64,000 nucleotides of DNA from Mobula hypostoma (taxonomy: Eukaryota): assembly GCF_963921235.1 (NCBI RefSeq), contig NC_086107.1, positions 100,628,001 to 100,692,000 on the forward strand. Reading direction: 5' to 3'. Shown piece after piece: positions 12,183 through 27,100 of this stretch (the first letter of the stretch is position 1; every line of letters starts with the position of its first letter). The notes under the pieces were generated by a model. The model did no database searches, had not been told where the DNA came from, and saw only the letters and a list, made by a program, of their open reading frames with translations. Position numbers and translations under genes: made by a program.

Positions 12183-15100
12183 GTAATTGATTTTGTTTGA
12201 CATCAGAATGATGCAGCTTGGAACTTGCATCTAAAATGCACAGATCTTTTTTTTATGTCAAATCCAAAATGCAAATTCAAGCAGTCATGTTTTTTTTGCA
12301 TAATTAGTTTTTTGAATCTCACAACTCCTAAGCCAGTCTTCAATAACTTTTACTTTGGCAAGGAATATAAGATTCTTGGTTTGTTGTGGCTGCATTTAAC
12401 TTTAAGCTTTATACCTTTCCGTATAACTCACTTGTTGCGCTTTAGAGTAATGTTTCTTTTTAAAGTGGCAATTTTTACAGATTAGGTAAGGTACTTTGTG
12501 AGGCATTGAATATGGTGCTCCTTGTGCTATGCAATTTTCCTATTTATATGTTTTCAGCAACCAGCTTAATAATTCATAACTAAGTTTCTTTCAGCACCTG
12601 TGTGATGATTAATGTCAAAATATGATTCTGGAATGCTATTGTTGGTTGGAATCATCGAAAGCAGGGAGGGAGGGGTTCTCGACTAAGGAGATGGGTTGTG
12701 CAAGTATGCTCTGTGCAATCTAAATTTAGTGTGCATGATGTTGTGATCAGGAGCAGGAACTCTTGATTCTGATGCAAGTTCTCTCTCCTACAATCTCTCT
12801 CTGTTCTATGGGGTCTGTTTTGTTGATATAGCTTATTCTGGTGCTTCTCCCCCTCATTCCTTTCAGTTTGTGAGCCAGGAAATATTGCAATTAAACTTTG
12901 GGCAACAAGATATAAAGCTATATAGACAAAGGGGTTGATTCTCTTTTTTCTGCAGTATGAGCAAATGTGTACTGAATAGTTTAGGAGCATGTTTAATAAA
13001 AATCTCTTTGGCATTGCAAGTTTGCTTCCCTCTACGTTTTAGTGGCCGTGCCTCCAGGTACCATGCCGCTGGGACTTCCCTCACGATACATGGCTGCTTC
13101 TCTCCTTTTCCCCTCTCCCTAAGACACTCTTGAAACCTATCTCTTCTGCAGTTGAGTTTTTGGCTACCTGATCTAGTAATCTCCTTGTGTGGATTGGTAT
13201 GAAAATTTGCTTTGCAACTGCTGCTACAAAGTGCCTTGGGAAATCTTGTCACATTAAGGCCCTTCATATCCACCTTTATAGTTATTGAGTGAATTGTATA
13301 AGTTATGTTTGTACCTAGCTTTACAGTAGGTGACCTTGGTACATACATGTCACTAAATAGTGCATTTACAATGCAATTATAAGATTACTTGATTTATGAT
13401 TTGTACACTGACGCTAGAGCACCGAGTTGTTTCTTGCTATAGATAATTAAGTGCAAGACTGATATAAGAGTTAGGTTTTAAGAATCTGGGGTATGTTAAG
13501 ACTAAACAATGATCCTGTGACTTTGGACCTGGAATGGAATTTATTTTAGTAGCCTACAGCAAGATCCAAAGTTAAATCTGTCAACCTTGGGTAACTCCCA
13601 AGTGGAGAGCGAGAATTTTCCTTAAGGTGGTACATCTTGGTCCACACTGAAAAAACGCTCTTGGTGCTTTTAATTTCAATTTTGATTTCCTGAGAGTGTT
13701 GCCATGCCAGCCCTCGTGAGGCATTCTTTCATTTACATTCCCATCTACTCCAGGTAAAAATCAGACTCCTGGAGTAAAGAGAATCAACATCTAGTGTCAG
13801 ACTCAAACCTCGGAACATTGTGCATTTCTTTTGCCAGTACAAAGTAAGTCGGAGGTAGTAAGCCTGCTGGTGACTAATTAGGTGATGCTTTGCTGCTGTG
13901 CTATATTGCTGGTGGATTATGGATGGTTCTTTCTTTGCATCTCAGCTGTTCTATACTTGGGAATGCTTAATGCTCATACAAGAGACAATGTAGTAGGGAA
14001 ATAGTTTTGGTGTTCCATTTCACGTCTTGATGAAATCAAAAAGAATATTTTTGAAAAAAAAATACTGATTTATCAACTTCTTTGTTTGATTTTCAGTTAT
14101 TTTCAATCCAACTGCTAATTTAACATGTTTCCCATCCACCTGTTCTTTTTCTCTGACTCGCACTAAAATAAGGGACCTGAGTTAGTCACGCAGGATAATG
14201 GTGCTCCAGAGGGGTTTGCGTCCCACCTCGCTGCAGCTGAGTCGATTGATCTTCTGAAAGGCATGTTTAATTTGCTGAGTTGGATTCAGGACCAGACGGT
14301 GAATCATTCTCTTGGGCAACCCTGAATATGATTGTCAGCCACCATTGGGATTCTCATTTAGCTCTTCTGGTGTGGAGTCCTGCATTCTGGCTTTGGACTT
14401 GGACCTTTGGGAGCAGTAGCTGCCAACTTTACTTTTCGAGCCTATCCTGCCATTCAGTTAGATTACACTTGACTTGCTGCAGCACTGTTATTTACTACCA
14501 AATGGAAGCTCTAATTCTTTGTTTTTTTTTACTGTAAACATGTTGTAGAACAGTAGAAAATATTTGGCAGGGAAATGAACTTTAATGTGTTTGGCTTGTA
14601 ATTGCATGCCATAAGTGAGTCGTTGTCAAACCGTTTGAGTACTAACATTCAGATTCAACCGAGACCAATGTGGAAAAAGTTTCCTCACAGTTAACGGTCT
14701 ATTATGAGTCTTAATCCCAATTTCATTACAGCATTACCGCCTGCTCTCCATTTTAAGTATGTTAAACTCTATGTTGCCATGAATTCAAGTGTGCTCCGTG
14801 TATTTCTGATCATGGAACACTGGGGTGTTGCTGAGATTGGTGCATTGACTGCTCTCTAAGGCAGCTGTTGATGTTACAGCTGGCGTAAGACCGATGCTGT
14901 CACAGTGGAAGAATAATCAGTGTCGTCTCTCGAGGAGCACCGCCAGATGTGCACACAAAGATTGGTTGTTTTACACAGAAGTCTATATCACAGTGGACCT
15001 CCTCAGCCCAGGATTGCAAGTTTGAATCCCAGGCTTTACTTTTACACTTAGACTCCCTTACCCAGACAGTATGATTGCATAGCACATTGGAATGCATTGT

Positions 15101-18100
15101 GGAAAGATGCAAGATGATAATTTGAACCAGCAGTAATTTCAGCTGAGCTGTCAGGAGGAGACAAAGCTTCTCTGGAGCATATCGCCCTGGGGTGCTCCAT
15201 GGTATTCTAGTGATTGACGATGGAGCATCATAGGGAGGAGCTTTGGACGGTACAGAAGAGGAGACGTTAAATGGTCAAGTTTCACCTGTTCTAAGGATGG
15301 GTTTTCACCAGTCTCAGACTTATCCCCCCTGTGAGAGTCATTCTACGCTAGCTAGCTGCATACCTGATAGAAATAGCCCATCCTAGCAGAAACACAGCTC
15401 CTGCAGGTCATTGTGGAACTGCAATGCTAGTGGCTGGGGACAACCTTGAGGTCCAGATCATTTCATCCCAGAGCTAAAAGAGAAAGGTCGGTGCAAGGAA
15501 GCACCCTCCATTTCTCCCCTCCCCTTCCCAACTAAATATTAAAAATATAAATAGATGATTTGTAAGCCCTTTAATGCTGTTGCAGATTGTATAGTGGGTG
15601 AAAGCGGAATTGAAGAGGTGGGTCTGGCAGCAGGCAGAAGCCAACGAGAGAAGAAGCGCTCGTATAAAGATTTGCTGAAAGAAGAGGAGGAAATAGATGC
15701 AGAAGTCCGAAACTCAGCCAAAAAGAAAGCGAAGGTGAGGGCAACTGTTTGTGTTTTTGTTTTATTCCTTGCTGTTTTTGCTCACCTTGGACACAGCTGT
15801 CCCATCTCTTATCCTCCTCCATTTGAGGGGAGTCTGGAGGACCTCGAGATCTGAGAAGTATCATTCAAGCAAGAAAAGCTGAGCAATATCTAGTTGTATT
15901 TGTTCTCTTTTTGTGTTTGCACTACATCTCAAAAGAGGGATTTTAAAAAGTATTGATCAGGTTTACTGCAACTAATGGCTCGTTGTTGGGTATAGAACTT
16001 TAATCAAACCTGTTGCCTTTGATTCATCACAGTTGGAGTAACTAGCAAGTATTGAATCTATTTTTTTTAATGTTGGTGTATAATTGTCATTTTTGAAGTG
16101 AATTTGAAATTTCCATCTGTGATAAAGTTTGCCTTTATGGATTTCTTGCTCTTCCACTACTGTTCCCTCCTCTCCCCATCTGTGTCTTGTTACATTTACA
16201 TTGCAACCCATTGTCTTTGTATTGATGCGAGAAAAGTGTACGTGATGGCAGAAAGGAAATTGACACAGACATATGCACGTTAACTTTGGCAATGTTCTCT
16301 CTAATTCTTGTGTGTGCATCACCACAGAACCTCTATTTTCGTACTTCGTTACGTATAATCCCAATCCCGAAACATCTTGCTGAGTCTGTGCACTCAGCCA
16401 GGAAAATCCAAGTCTGTGCTGAGTTACCTGATCTTTGGCTGACTGCTGTTGTGGTTCTATTTAGTGGCTTGTCCTGCAAGTCATCCATGATTTTGACTCC
16501 TGATCAGTGTCCAGCAATTCACACTGGAAGTGCATAGATGTGTACAGTGGCTGAGTTCAAGACCTGCTAAAGTTGAAGAGTTTCCTGAGATCTGTTGAAG
16601 AAGCAATGGACTGGGCTTGGTGCCTGATATAACTATCTCCAAAAAAAAAGAATACTGTTAGGGGATGAAGTGGCAGAGGGATTATTTCTCCTCCGTAGAA
16701 CTGCTGTCATAAATGCAATCCATACTTGTGATCTGATTTTCATTAACTTTCTCTTTTCTGTTGTATTTCCTCACTGCAGTTTTTATTTCTTCATGTGCAT
16801 AGCATCATTATTGTAACCAGCAGAGGCCTGGGTATTAGCTGTTGTGCTGTCGCCATACTGACATCCTCTCTGAGTCACACTGCAGCTCCAACCACTAATA
16901 TCATGTTATTCTTTTCATTCTTTGGCTTTACTTATTTTTATAAGCAACCATTTTAGATTCTTAATGTTGTGCTGTTTACAGTTTCTCTGTGACCATCTCT
17001 TGATGATGCCAAACCTAGTCTCTGTGTGATGTTTACCTGACATGGCACAACTATGAACAACACTGACTTGTGTTTGTGTAGTTCCAGTACAGTAGCAAAT
17101 TATCCTAAGGTACAGTATTTCAGACAAAAGTTGAAATCAAGCCATGTGAGGCGATGATGAAAAGCTCAGCCAAGGAGCCAGGTATGGAGGAGTATCTTAA
17201 CAGGAGAAAAAGGATTGAAAGAACATGCAGATTTCAATCTTGGGCAGTGGAAAGCAAGGTGATCAGTTGTTGAGTGGTGGAATTCAAGTGGCTAGAATTT
17301 CAGGAATGCAGGAATCTTCTGGGGTTATAAAACAAGAGGAAAATAGAACGGATGAAGCCATGGAGAGATTTGAAGATTAAGATTTTGAAACGGAGGCATT
17401 GCTTGAGGGTGGTGCAGGGAAGGAGATGGAACTTGAGATGAGTTAAGTTTATTGCCTTGCCAAGGTGGTGACATTGGTCTATCCAATATTTAGTTGGTGG
17501 AAATTCCTGAATACCCAGCTGTGGATGTTAGATTAGCAGTTAGTAGAAAATTAGCGGTGGTCAAGTAGAATTGAGGGACTTTGCCTTTCATGTGAAAATT
17601 GACAATACATATAGATGAGAAATAAAAGGGTGTCCATGGGCGTGATGGCATGGGAGGGGGAAAAGAAACCATTGCAGGATAAATGGCTGGATAGGTAGGC
17701 ATGGCATTAGGTGACCATAGTTCCACGCAGCAAGACAGAAGTGCGAAGACCACGAACACATCTTCTTGCGATACTCCATGTGATTAATAAGTAACACTAC
17801 TTTTCTAGACAAGGGTCCACATCAACATTTATCAAACTCTTCGATTACTTAAAGTTAAGGGTAAGTAATCAAGCCAGTTCTTTTTTGAATAGTTACTATA
17901 CGAGGTTTTCAAAAGGATCACCTGTTAACAAAAGTAGAAATAGAGCAAGTGATCTATTCATCATACAGCATGCCCTAATTTCCAATGTCCACAGCATCAT
18001 TGGATTGAATAGTACCTCAGCCAATTGCTCAACTGCAGTACAATTGGGTATTTTACTTGCAATTTATAAGTGAAGATGTTGCTAAGCGGCAAGAAAAATA

Positions 18101-21100
18101 TGTCGCTCAACCACATTAACTTGCTAATGGGTGGCATTCATGTTTTTGGTTTATTCCTCGAAGATTGTTATTACTGTCAGTAAACCGGAGACCTCCCTTG
18201 AATCCCAACAACATCTCATGAGAGGTTTGTTGTCATGTACGTTGACTACCAATCTGCACAATTCTTAGAAGATGATCCCCTACCACAATCTGAAAGGGCA
18301 TTTTATTTATCTAACTATCCATCTGTCCATCCATCCATACCCTTTTGGCTCTTTGAGCCTGCAATTACCTGATTTAATCCTAGCCTAGTATCTGGACGAT
18401 TTACAATGCCCAATTAACCTACCAACTGGTACGTCTTTGGGCTGTAGTAGGAAACCGAAGTACCAGGAAGAAGTCTCCCATGCTGTCACTGGGAGAACGT
18501 TCAAACTCCTTACAGGCAGTGGTGGGAATTGGATGGCTGGTACTGTAAAGCATTGTGTTTTCTCAGCTGGCAAGTCCATAAGATGATAATCATCCATCTT
18601 TATCGTCAAAGTCTACATGATGTGGAAATTTGAAGGAATTTCTGTGTTTGGATTATTTATTACAAGATTTTTGGGATTGATTTGATTTCCTTGGGAATTT
18701 CTTAACAAACATATTGGGAAGACCTTTAACCTATTAGTGATAACCCAGGTAGAATGCTTGTCACAAATCCTTGAAGTACTATTACAGATTAACAAGGCAG
18801 TTGATAAAGTTTTATAAATAGAGACTTGGAGTACAAAACCTAGGACATAACGAAACAATAGTTGGTCTGAATATTGTGCAGAATCCTATTCACTTCAGGA
18901 AGGATATGAAAGCTTTGGAGATAGTTCAGAAGAGTGGTACTAAAATGATTCTAAGAATGAAGGAACACCTGGTTGCAAATATGGCAACAAGTGTGAGAAG
19001 TTGTAAAATCATAAAGGTTTTGGAACGAGTAACTAAAAAGAAACTGCTTCTAGTAACTAGAGAGCCCAAATTTAAAATGATTGATGAAGAGCTCTGAGGT
19101 GACATGAGGAGAAACTCCTCTAGTCATTGCAGTTAGGATGTGGAATGTGCTACCTGTGACAAATGAATGTGTGTTTGAAAACTGATCTATTAGCACCTTT
19201 GAAAAGGATGTTGATTGAGGAGCTGATGATGTTGATGTGGTTGGGGTATGGGGAGAGGAAGGATGGGTAGCTGATGGACTAAATATTGCTTTTTGAGTTG
19301 ATGGTGATTTGAAGGGCTGATGCATATTGGCATGCTAAATATATTCATTGATACTAAATCAGAGTAGTGTTGCAATTCAATTACGCCTCGTTCTCCAATT
19401 TACTCCTTCTCTATAAACTTGCAGCTCATTCATTTAGATTTGGCTTATATGGGTTAACAGAAACATTGTATAATCCATTTTCACACTACGCATCAAATTA
19501 ACCTTCTCTTTGTTTTATTTAAAGGAGATTGAAGATTTCCTTTTGGGTGCTGACTTTCATAAGAAAAAGAAGAAATTACACCATTTAACAGGAGAAGAGT
19601 TCTACTATGGAGGTAAAAATATCTCCAACTCTTCCCTTAACATTATTTCCATTTCACGAGATAGGTTATTGACTAGTATCCACTTCAAGACCACAGTTAA
19701 CTTCACTGCATTTCTTTCCATCCTTCTTCCTGAAATGATTCACTTCTTCAGTTTTTCTATCACATCTGTTTCAATAAGAAAATAGGAACAGGACTAGGCC
19801 ACTTGGCCTTCAAGCTTGCTGCTGCATTCAATATGATCATGGATGATCTGTCCTAGGCCTCCTCTCCTCATCTGGGCCAGTTCCCCAAAATCCTCCATTC
19901 CTGATTTTTCAATATAGTCGGCCCTCCTTATCCACGAGGGATTGGTTCCGGGACCCCTCACAGATACCAAAAAACGTGGATGCCCAAGTCCCTTATTCAA
20001 CCTGTATAAATGCGGTGGACCTTGGGACCCAGTGGAACCCCGGACCTTATTTAATCTGTCTCAGTGCGGTGGACATTAGGACCCGGTGGCGGAGCTCTGA
20101 ATCCGCAGTGTTTCTGTTCACAAAAATAATCACGATCGCGATTTAAAATAAAGTGGGAATAATAAAGCGATCAGAAAGAGGTGAAATGCCATTGGTCATT
20201 GGAAAAGCATTAGGCTACAGTCGGTCAACGATCGGAACAATTTTAAAGGATAAAGTGAGAAAAGCCCTGCTCCAATGAAAGCTACAATTATTACTAAGCA
20301 ACGCAGTGGTTTAATTATTGGATTTTGGGGTTTTGGGTTTTTGATCCTCCACATAAACCTGGCAGGGATGGAGAGTGCTCGGGAGCGGTCTGTCACTGGA
20401 TCAAAGTCAAGAATTTCCGTTTCCGAGCCTGGTGCTGAAACATACGTTTCTTAAGTGTTTTATATGCATAGAAAGGTAAAATATATACTATATACTAAGA
20501 CAAACATTTGACTAACTGACGCTGAATAATACCGGATGTACCTGTTCCGACTTACTTAGTAAGAGAACTTCCGTTTTTTTTTCTGATCCCGATCCACGAC
20601 AACCTACGCACATCCTCCCATGTACTTTAAATCATCTCTAGATTACTTATAATACCTAAAACAATGTAAATGCTATGTAAAATAATTGTTATACTGCATT
20701 GTTTAGGGAATAATGCCAAGAAAAAAAAGTCTGTACATATTCGAACAACAAATGTTGGAAGAGCACTTCCGGGTTTTCTTGATTCGCGGTTGGTTGAATT
20801 TGCGCATGCGGAACTCGCGGATGAGGAGGGCCGAATGTAATTTATCTACCTGGTATTTAAATACCCCTAATGACCCAGTATCCATAACCTTCGAAAACAG
20901 AAAATTCCAGAGATCCATCATCCCCTGATGATGCTGTTTTCCACACTAAGTCTTTCACTTCTTCTTTCTTTTCAACTGTTTCTTTCCCTGATAATTGACA
21001 GGGCTCTCACGGTATCTGTTCTGTTTCCTGCGTCTGCTCCCATCTCCCCTTTCCTCTGGTTTTTTGGGTTTCCAGTGTTCTTACCTTCTGCTTATCAGTT

Positions 21101-24100
21101 CCATATTACATCTTTTTTTTATTTCTGACATACGCATGATACTACCTTTAGCTGCATCTTCCTGTCATCCATGTCAGATTGTTCACCTTGGACTTTTTGG
21201 TTCACCCTTCTACCTCCTCCAATACCCAATTCCCCTTCTCAGCCACATTCACATTCAAGGGATACAACTTTTCCCTTTAATCTCCTTCCTTCTTGTCATC
21301 TTGGTGTCCAAACGTTCTTTCCAGATGAAGCAGTGATTTATTTATATTTAAAGTTGTAGACCGGATACCATGGTAGCATAGTGGTTTGCACTCTCACAGC
21401 TTGGGATGTTGGAATTCAGAGTTCAATTCTGGCATCCTCTACTAGATGCATGGTTTTCCTCCAAGTGCCCCAGTTTTCTCTTACAGCTCAAAGATGTACC
21501 AGTGAGTAGATTAATTGGTCATTGTAAATCGTCCTGAGTTAAGCTAGTGTTAAATAGGTGGGTTGCTGGGTGGTGTGGATTGTTGGGCTGGAAGGGCACA
21601 GAAACAGGCTTTTTGTCCCATCATGTCAGTGCTGCTGATCAACCACCCATTTAAATTAATCCTAGTTAATTTTTATTCCTCTTCTTTTCATTCTCCCCAC
21701 ATTCTCCCAGATATTGCCCCTCACTTTTACACTACCTCCAGATACTACCCCTCACTTAATATACAGTGACCAATAACCCAGATATCTTTGAGATGTGGGA
21801 CAGAACTGGAGGAAACCATGTGGACATAGAATATATAAACTTGACAAAGATAGCACCTGAGATCAGGGTTGAACATGGGTTTCTAGTGTGGTGAGGCAGC
21901 ATTTCCAGCAACTGCACCACCATATTGCCCTTCGAGTGCGGTATACCATATTTAGTGAGAGCATTGTGGTCTACTTTCTCTGAGGAAACCAAATGCTGAT
22001 TGCTTGATTACTTTGCAGAACACCTATGTTCAATCTGCCAGAGCTTCCAGATGCCTTTTATTTTAATCACTTCTACATGATCTCTCTATCTTTGGCCTGT
22101 TGTATTGTTCCGGTGATGGTCCATATAGATTTGTGGGACAGCACCCCTATTTTTGGAACAGATACATGACAACTTCCAGACTCAACATGATTTCAACAAT
22201 TTTGGGTAATCACCCATTTCAGCCTTGTTTCCCCCATTTCCAACATCCAGGTTCTCTCTTTCATTTTTGGGTAATTTGAACTTTAATATGTCTCTTCCTG
22301 TTGTGCCAAGTCCTGAACATTTCTTTTAGTGATTCACTTAACTTTCCCATTTTCTTTCAAGCTGCCCCATCGTACCTGTGTCATTTAATCTCACTTAATC
22401 ACTATCTTTTCACAGGCCTTTTGTCTTGAATTTTTGCTCTATCCTTTTGCTATAACTTATTTCTCTCCATCTTTTCCCAGTTAGAAAACATAGAAAAACC
22501 TACAACACAATACAGGCCCTTCAGCCCACAATATTGTGCCAAACATCTACTTACTTTAGAACTTACCTCGGGTTACCTATAGCCCTCTATTTTTCTAAGC
22601 TTCATGTACCTATCCAGAGGTCTCTCAAAAGACCCTATTCTATCCGCCTCCACCACTGTCGCCTGCAGCCCATTCTACGCACTCACCACTCTTTGTGTAA
22701 AAAAAAACTTACCCTGACATCTCCTCTGTACCTATTTCCAAGGACCTTAAAACTATGTCCTCTCTTGTTAGCCATTTCAGCACTGAGAAAAAGCCTTTGA
22801 CTTTCCACGCGATCAATGCCTCTCATCATCTTATACACCTCTATCAGGTCACCTCTCATCCTCTGTCGCCCTGAGGAGAAAAGGCCTAGTTCACTCAATC
22901 TATTCTCATAAGGCATGCTCCCCAATCTAGGAACATCCTTGTAAATCTCCTCTGAAACCTTTCTCTAGTTTCCACATCCTTCCTGTAGTGAGGTGACCAG
23001 AAATGAGCACAGAACTCCAAGTGGGGTCTGACCAGGGTCCTTTATAGCTGTAACATTACCTCTCGGGTCTTGAACTCAATCCCACAGTTGATGAAGACCA
23101 ATGCAATGTATGCTTTCTTAACCACAAAGTCAACCTGTGCAGCAGCCTTGAGTGCCCTATGGACTCAGACCCCAAGACCCCTCTGATCCTCCACACTGCC
23201 AAGAGTCTTACAATTAATACTATGTTCTGCCATCGTATGTGACCTACCAAAATGAACCACCTCACACTTATCAAAATGAACTCCACCTGCCACTTCCCAG
23301 CCCAGTTTTGCATCCTATGAATGTCCCGCTGTAACCTCTTGACAGCCTTCCACACTACCCACAACACCCCCAACCTTTGTGTCATCAGCAAATTTAGTAA
23401 CCCATCCCTCTATTTCCATGCCATCCACGTCATTTATAAAAATCAGGAAGAGAAGGGGTCCCAGAACAGATCCCTGAGGGACACCACTGGTCACCAACCA
23501 TGCAGAATATGACCCGTCTACAACCACTCTTTGCCTTCTGTGGGCAAGCCAGTTCTGGATCCACAAAGCAAGGTCCCCTTGGATCCCATGCCTCCTTACT
23601 TTCTCAATAAGACTTACATGGGGTACCTTATCAAATCATTTGCTGAAATCCATGTATACTGCATCTACAGCTCTACCTTCATCAATGTGTTTAGTCACAT
23701 CCTGAAAAAAATTCAATCAGGCTCATATGGCAAGACCTGCCTTTGACAAAGCCATACTGACTATTCCAAATCATATTATGCCTCTCCAAATGTTCATAAA
23801 TCCTGCCTGTCAGGATCCTCTCCATCAACTTGCCAACCACTGAAGTAAGACTCATTGGTCTATAATTTCCTGGGCTATCCCTACTCCCTTTCTTGAATAA
23901 GGGAACAACATCTGCAAACCTCCAATCCTCTGGAAACTCCCCTGTCCCCATTGATGATGTGAAGATCATTGCCAGAGGCTCAGCAATTTCCTCCCTCGCT
24001 TCCCACAGTAGCCTGGGGTATATCTCGTCCGGTCCCAGTGACTTATCCAACTTGATGCTTTACAAAAGCTCCAGCCATCCTCTTCCTTAATATCTATATG

Positions 24101-27100
24101 CTCAAGCTTTTCAGTCTGCTCTAAATCATCCCTATAATTGCCAAGGTTCTTTTCCGTAGTGAATACTGAAGCAAAGTATTCATTAAGTGCCTCCGCTACC
24201 TCTTCTGGTTCCATATACACTTTTCCACTTCCTCTTTTCCACTTGATTGGTCCTATTCTCTGACGTCTTATCCTCTTGCTCTTCACATACTTGTACGATG
24301 CCTTGGGGCTTTCCTTAATCCTGCTCGCCAAGGCCTTCTCATGTCCCCTTCTGGCTCTTCTAATATCATTCTTAAGCTCCTTTCTGCTAGCCTTATAATT
24401 TTCTACATCTCCATCATTACCTAGCTTTTTGAACCTTTATTAAGCTTTTCTTCTTGACTAGATTTTCAACTGCCTTTGTTCACCACGGTTCCTGTACCCT
24501 ACCATCCTTTCCCTCTCTCATTGGAATGTACCTGTGCAGAATGCCATGCAAATATCCCCTGAATGTTTGCCACATTTCTGCTGTACATTTCCCTGAGAGC
24601 ATCTGTTCCCAATTTATGCTCCTAAGTTTCTGCCTGATAGCTTCACATTTCCCCTTACTCCAATTAAACGCTTTCCTAACTTGTCTGTTCCTATCCCTCT
24701 CCAATGCTATGGCAAAGGAGATAGAATTGTGATCACCCTCTCCAAAATGCTCTCCCACTGAGAGACCTGACACCAGACCAAATTCATTTCCCAATACCAG
24801 ATCAAGTACAGCCTCTCCTCTGTGTCAGGAAGCCTTCCTGAACATATCTAACAAACTCCACCCTATTTAAACCCCTTGCTGTAGGGAGATGCCAATCAAT
24901 ATTGGGGAAATTAAAATCCCCCAACATGACAACCCTGTTATTACTGCACTGTTCCAGAATCTGTCGCCCTATCTGCTCCTCGATGTCCCTGTTATTATTG
25001 GGTGGTCTATAAGAAAAACACCTAGTAGTGTTATTGACCCCCTTCCTGTTTCTAACTTCCACCCACAGAGATTCAGTAGACAATGCCTCCATGACTTCCT
25101 CCTTTTCTGCAGCTGTGACACTACCTCTGATCAGCAGTGCCATGCCCCCACCTCTTTTGTCTCCCTCCCTGTCCTTTCTGAAACATCTAAAGCCTGGCAC
25201 TCGAAGTAGCCATTCCTGCCCTGAGCCATCCAGGTCTCTGTAATGGCCACAACATCATAGCTCCAAGTACTGATCCATGTTCTTAGCTCATCCACTTTGT
25301 TCATGATACTCCTTGCACTACAGTAGACACAACTCAAACCATCAGTCTGACAGCATTCCTTCTCTATCACCTGCCTGTGCTCCCTCTCACACTGCTTACA
25401 AGCTTACTCTATAGTTCTGATGTAAAGTGAATAATGTCAAACGTTCATTGTTGTCCTTTCCACAAATGCTGTCTGACCCACTGAGTATTATCAGCACTTA
25501 CTGTTTTTATTTTAGATTTGCAACATTTGCAGATTTTTCCTTTAATCAACTAATTAGAAGTATTTAATAATTTTAAGTATTTATTTTCACTTTTTAATCT
25601 TTGGTGAAGTTCCTAATAATGAGTCTCAGTCGGAAGCAATGACTGTTTGTTCCCCTACCTAGATCTGCCTGACTTGTTGAGAGGTGATCTTCCAGCATTT
25701 TTTGTGTGTTGCTCAATATTTCCAGCATCTGCAGAATCTCTTGTGTTTGCAATTTAATCTTGCGTTCTTCCCATGTATCCCATCATGCTCATGTTTGATC
25801 TGTCTAGTGAACTGACTTAATTTTCCTTTGTATTTGTCTGTACTTCCCCTGAATGATCGGAGATTGACAGGAGAACCTATCAATTCCCTTCATCATCAAG
25901 TGTGCTACCACTCTTGAAGTCTTGCCTCTCCTCCTCGTGCAGCTGAGCCCCACAGTACCATGACTTTGGCTCTTGCTGCCTCCTCAGAGTCCACCGTTTT
26001 CCAAAATAAGGAAGTCAAAGTTCAAAGTAAAATTTATTACCAGAGTCACTGCATACAACCTTGAGATTCTTTTTCTCTGGGCATACTTAGCAAATCTATA
26101 GAACAGCAACTGTAAGTAGGATCAATGAACAACAAACTGTGCAAATGCAGATATAAATAAATAGCAATAAATAAGGAGCATGAAATAACAAGATAAAAGA
26201 GTCCTTAAATGAGTGTAGTTATCCTGTTTTGTTTGAGAGCTTGATGGTTGAGGTTAGTAACTGTTCTTGAACCTGGTGGTGCGAGTCCTGAGGCATCTGT
26301 ACCTTGTACCTGATGGCAGCAGCGAGAAAAGAGCATGGCCTGAGTCATGACGACCTTTGACAATGGATGCTGCTTTTCTATGGCAATGTTTCATGTAGAT
26401 GTGCTCAGTGGTGGGAGGGTTTTATCCGTGATGTACTGGGCTGAATCCACCATCTTTTGTAAGATTTTCCTTTCAAAGGATTTGTGTTCCCATTCCAGGC
26501 TGTAACGCAGCCAGTTAGCACACTTTCCACCACACATCTCTAGAAGTTTGCCAAGGTTTTTGATGACTGAGAATAAGAATTCAGTGTCAAAGTAGTTAAT
26601 GGAAAGGATTCCCTGACTACCTGTTTTCCTCTGCCTAGTGGCCACCCATTCCTTGTCTGACCACCTCATTTAAAAAAAAAACTTGCTATCCATGTAAATT
26701 TCAGCCTCGTTGATGCATCATAGTACGTTAAGCTGGTGCTCAAGCTGCCCAAACTGAAAGACTGCAAGGCGCATCTTGGAATCCCTGCATGTTGTATAGC
26801 ATTTGGGCCAGAGCTCTAGAACATAGAACGTAGAATAGTACAGCACAGTACAGGCCCTTTGGCCCCCAATGTTGTGCCGACCCTCAAACCCTGCCTCCTA
26901 TATAACCCCCCCACCTTAAATTCCTTCATATACCTGTCTAGTAGTCTCTTAAACTTCACTAGTGTATCTGCCTCCACCACTGACTCAGGCAGTGCATTCC
27001 ACACACCAACCACTCTCTGAGTAAAAAACCTTCCTCTAATATCCCCCTTGAACTTGGCCTCTTGTATTGAGCAGTGGTGCCCTGGGGAAGAGGCGCTGGT

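Noticed and set aside
12652..13348. 120-aa and 161-aa minus-strand ORFs
   Set aside because: No motifs or splice-supported structure; probably spurious.
16360..16620. Possible ancient SINE-like element (similar piece near 6590-6680)
   Set aside because: Too decayed to assign boundaries or family without a profile search.
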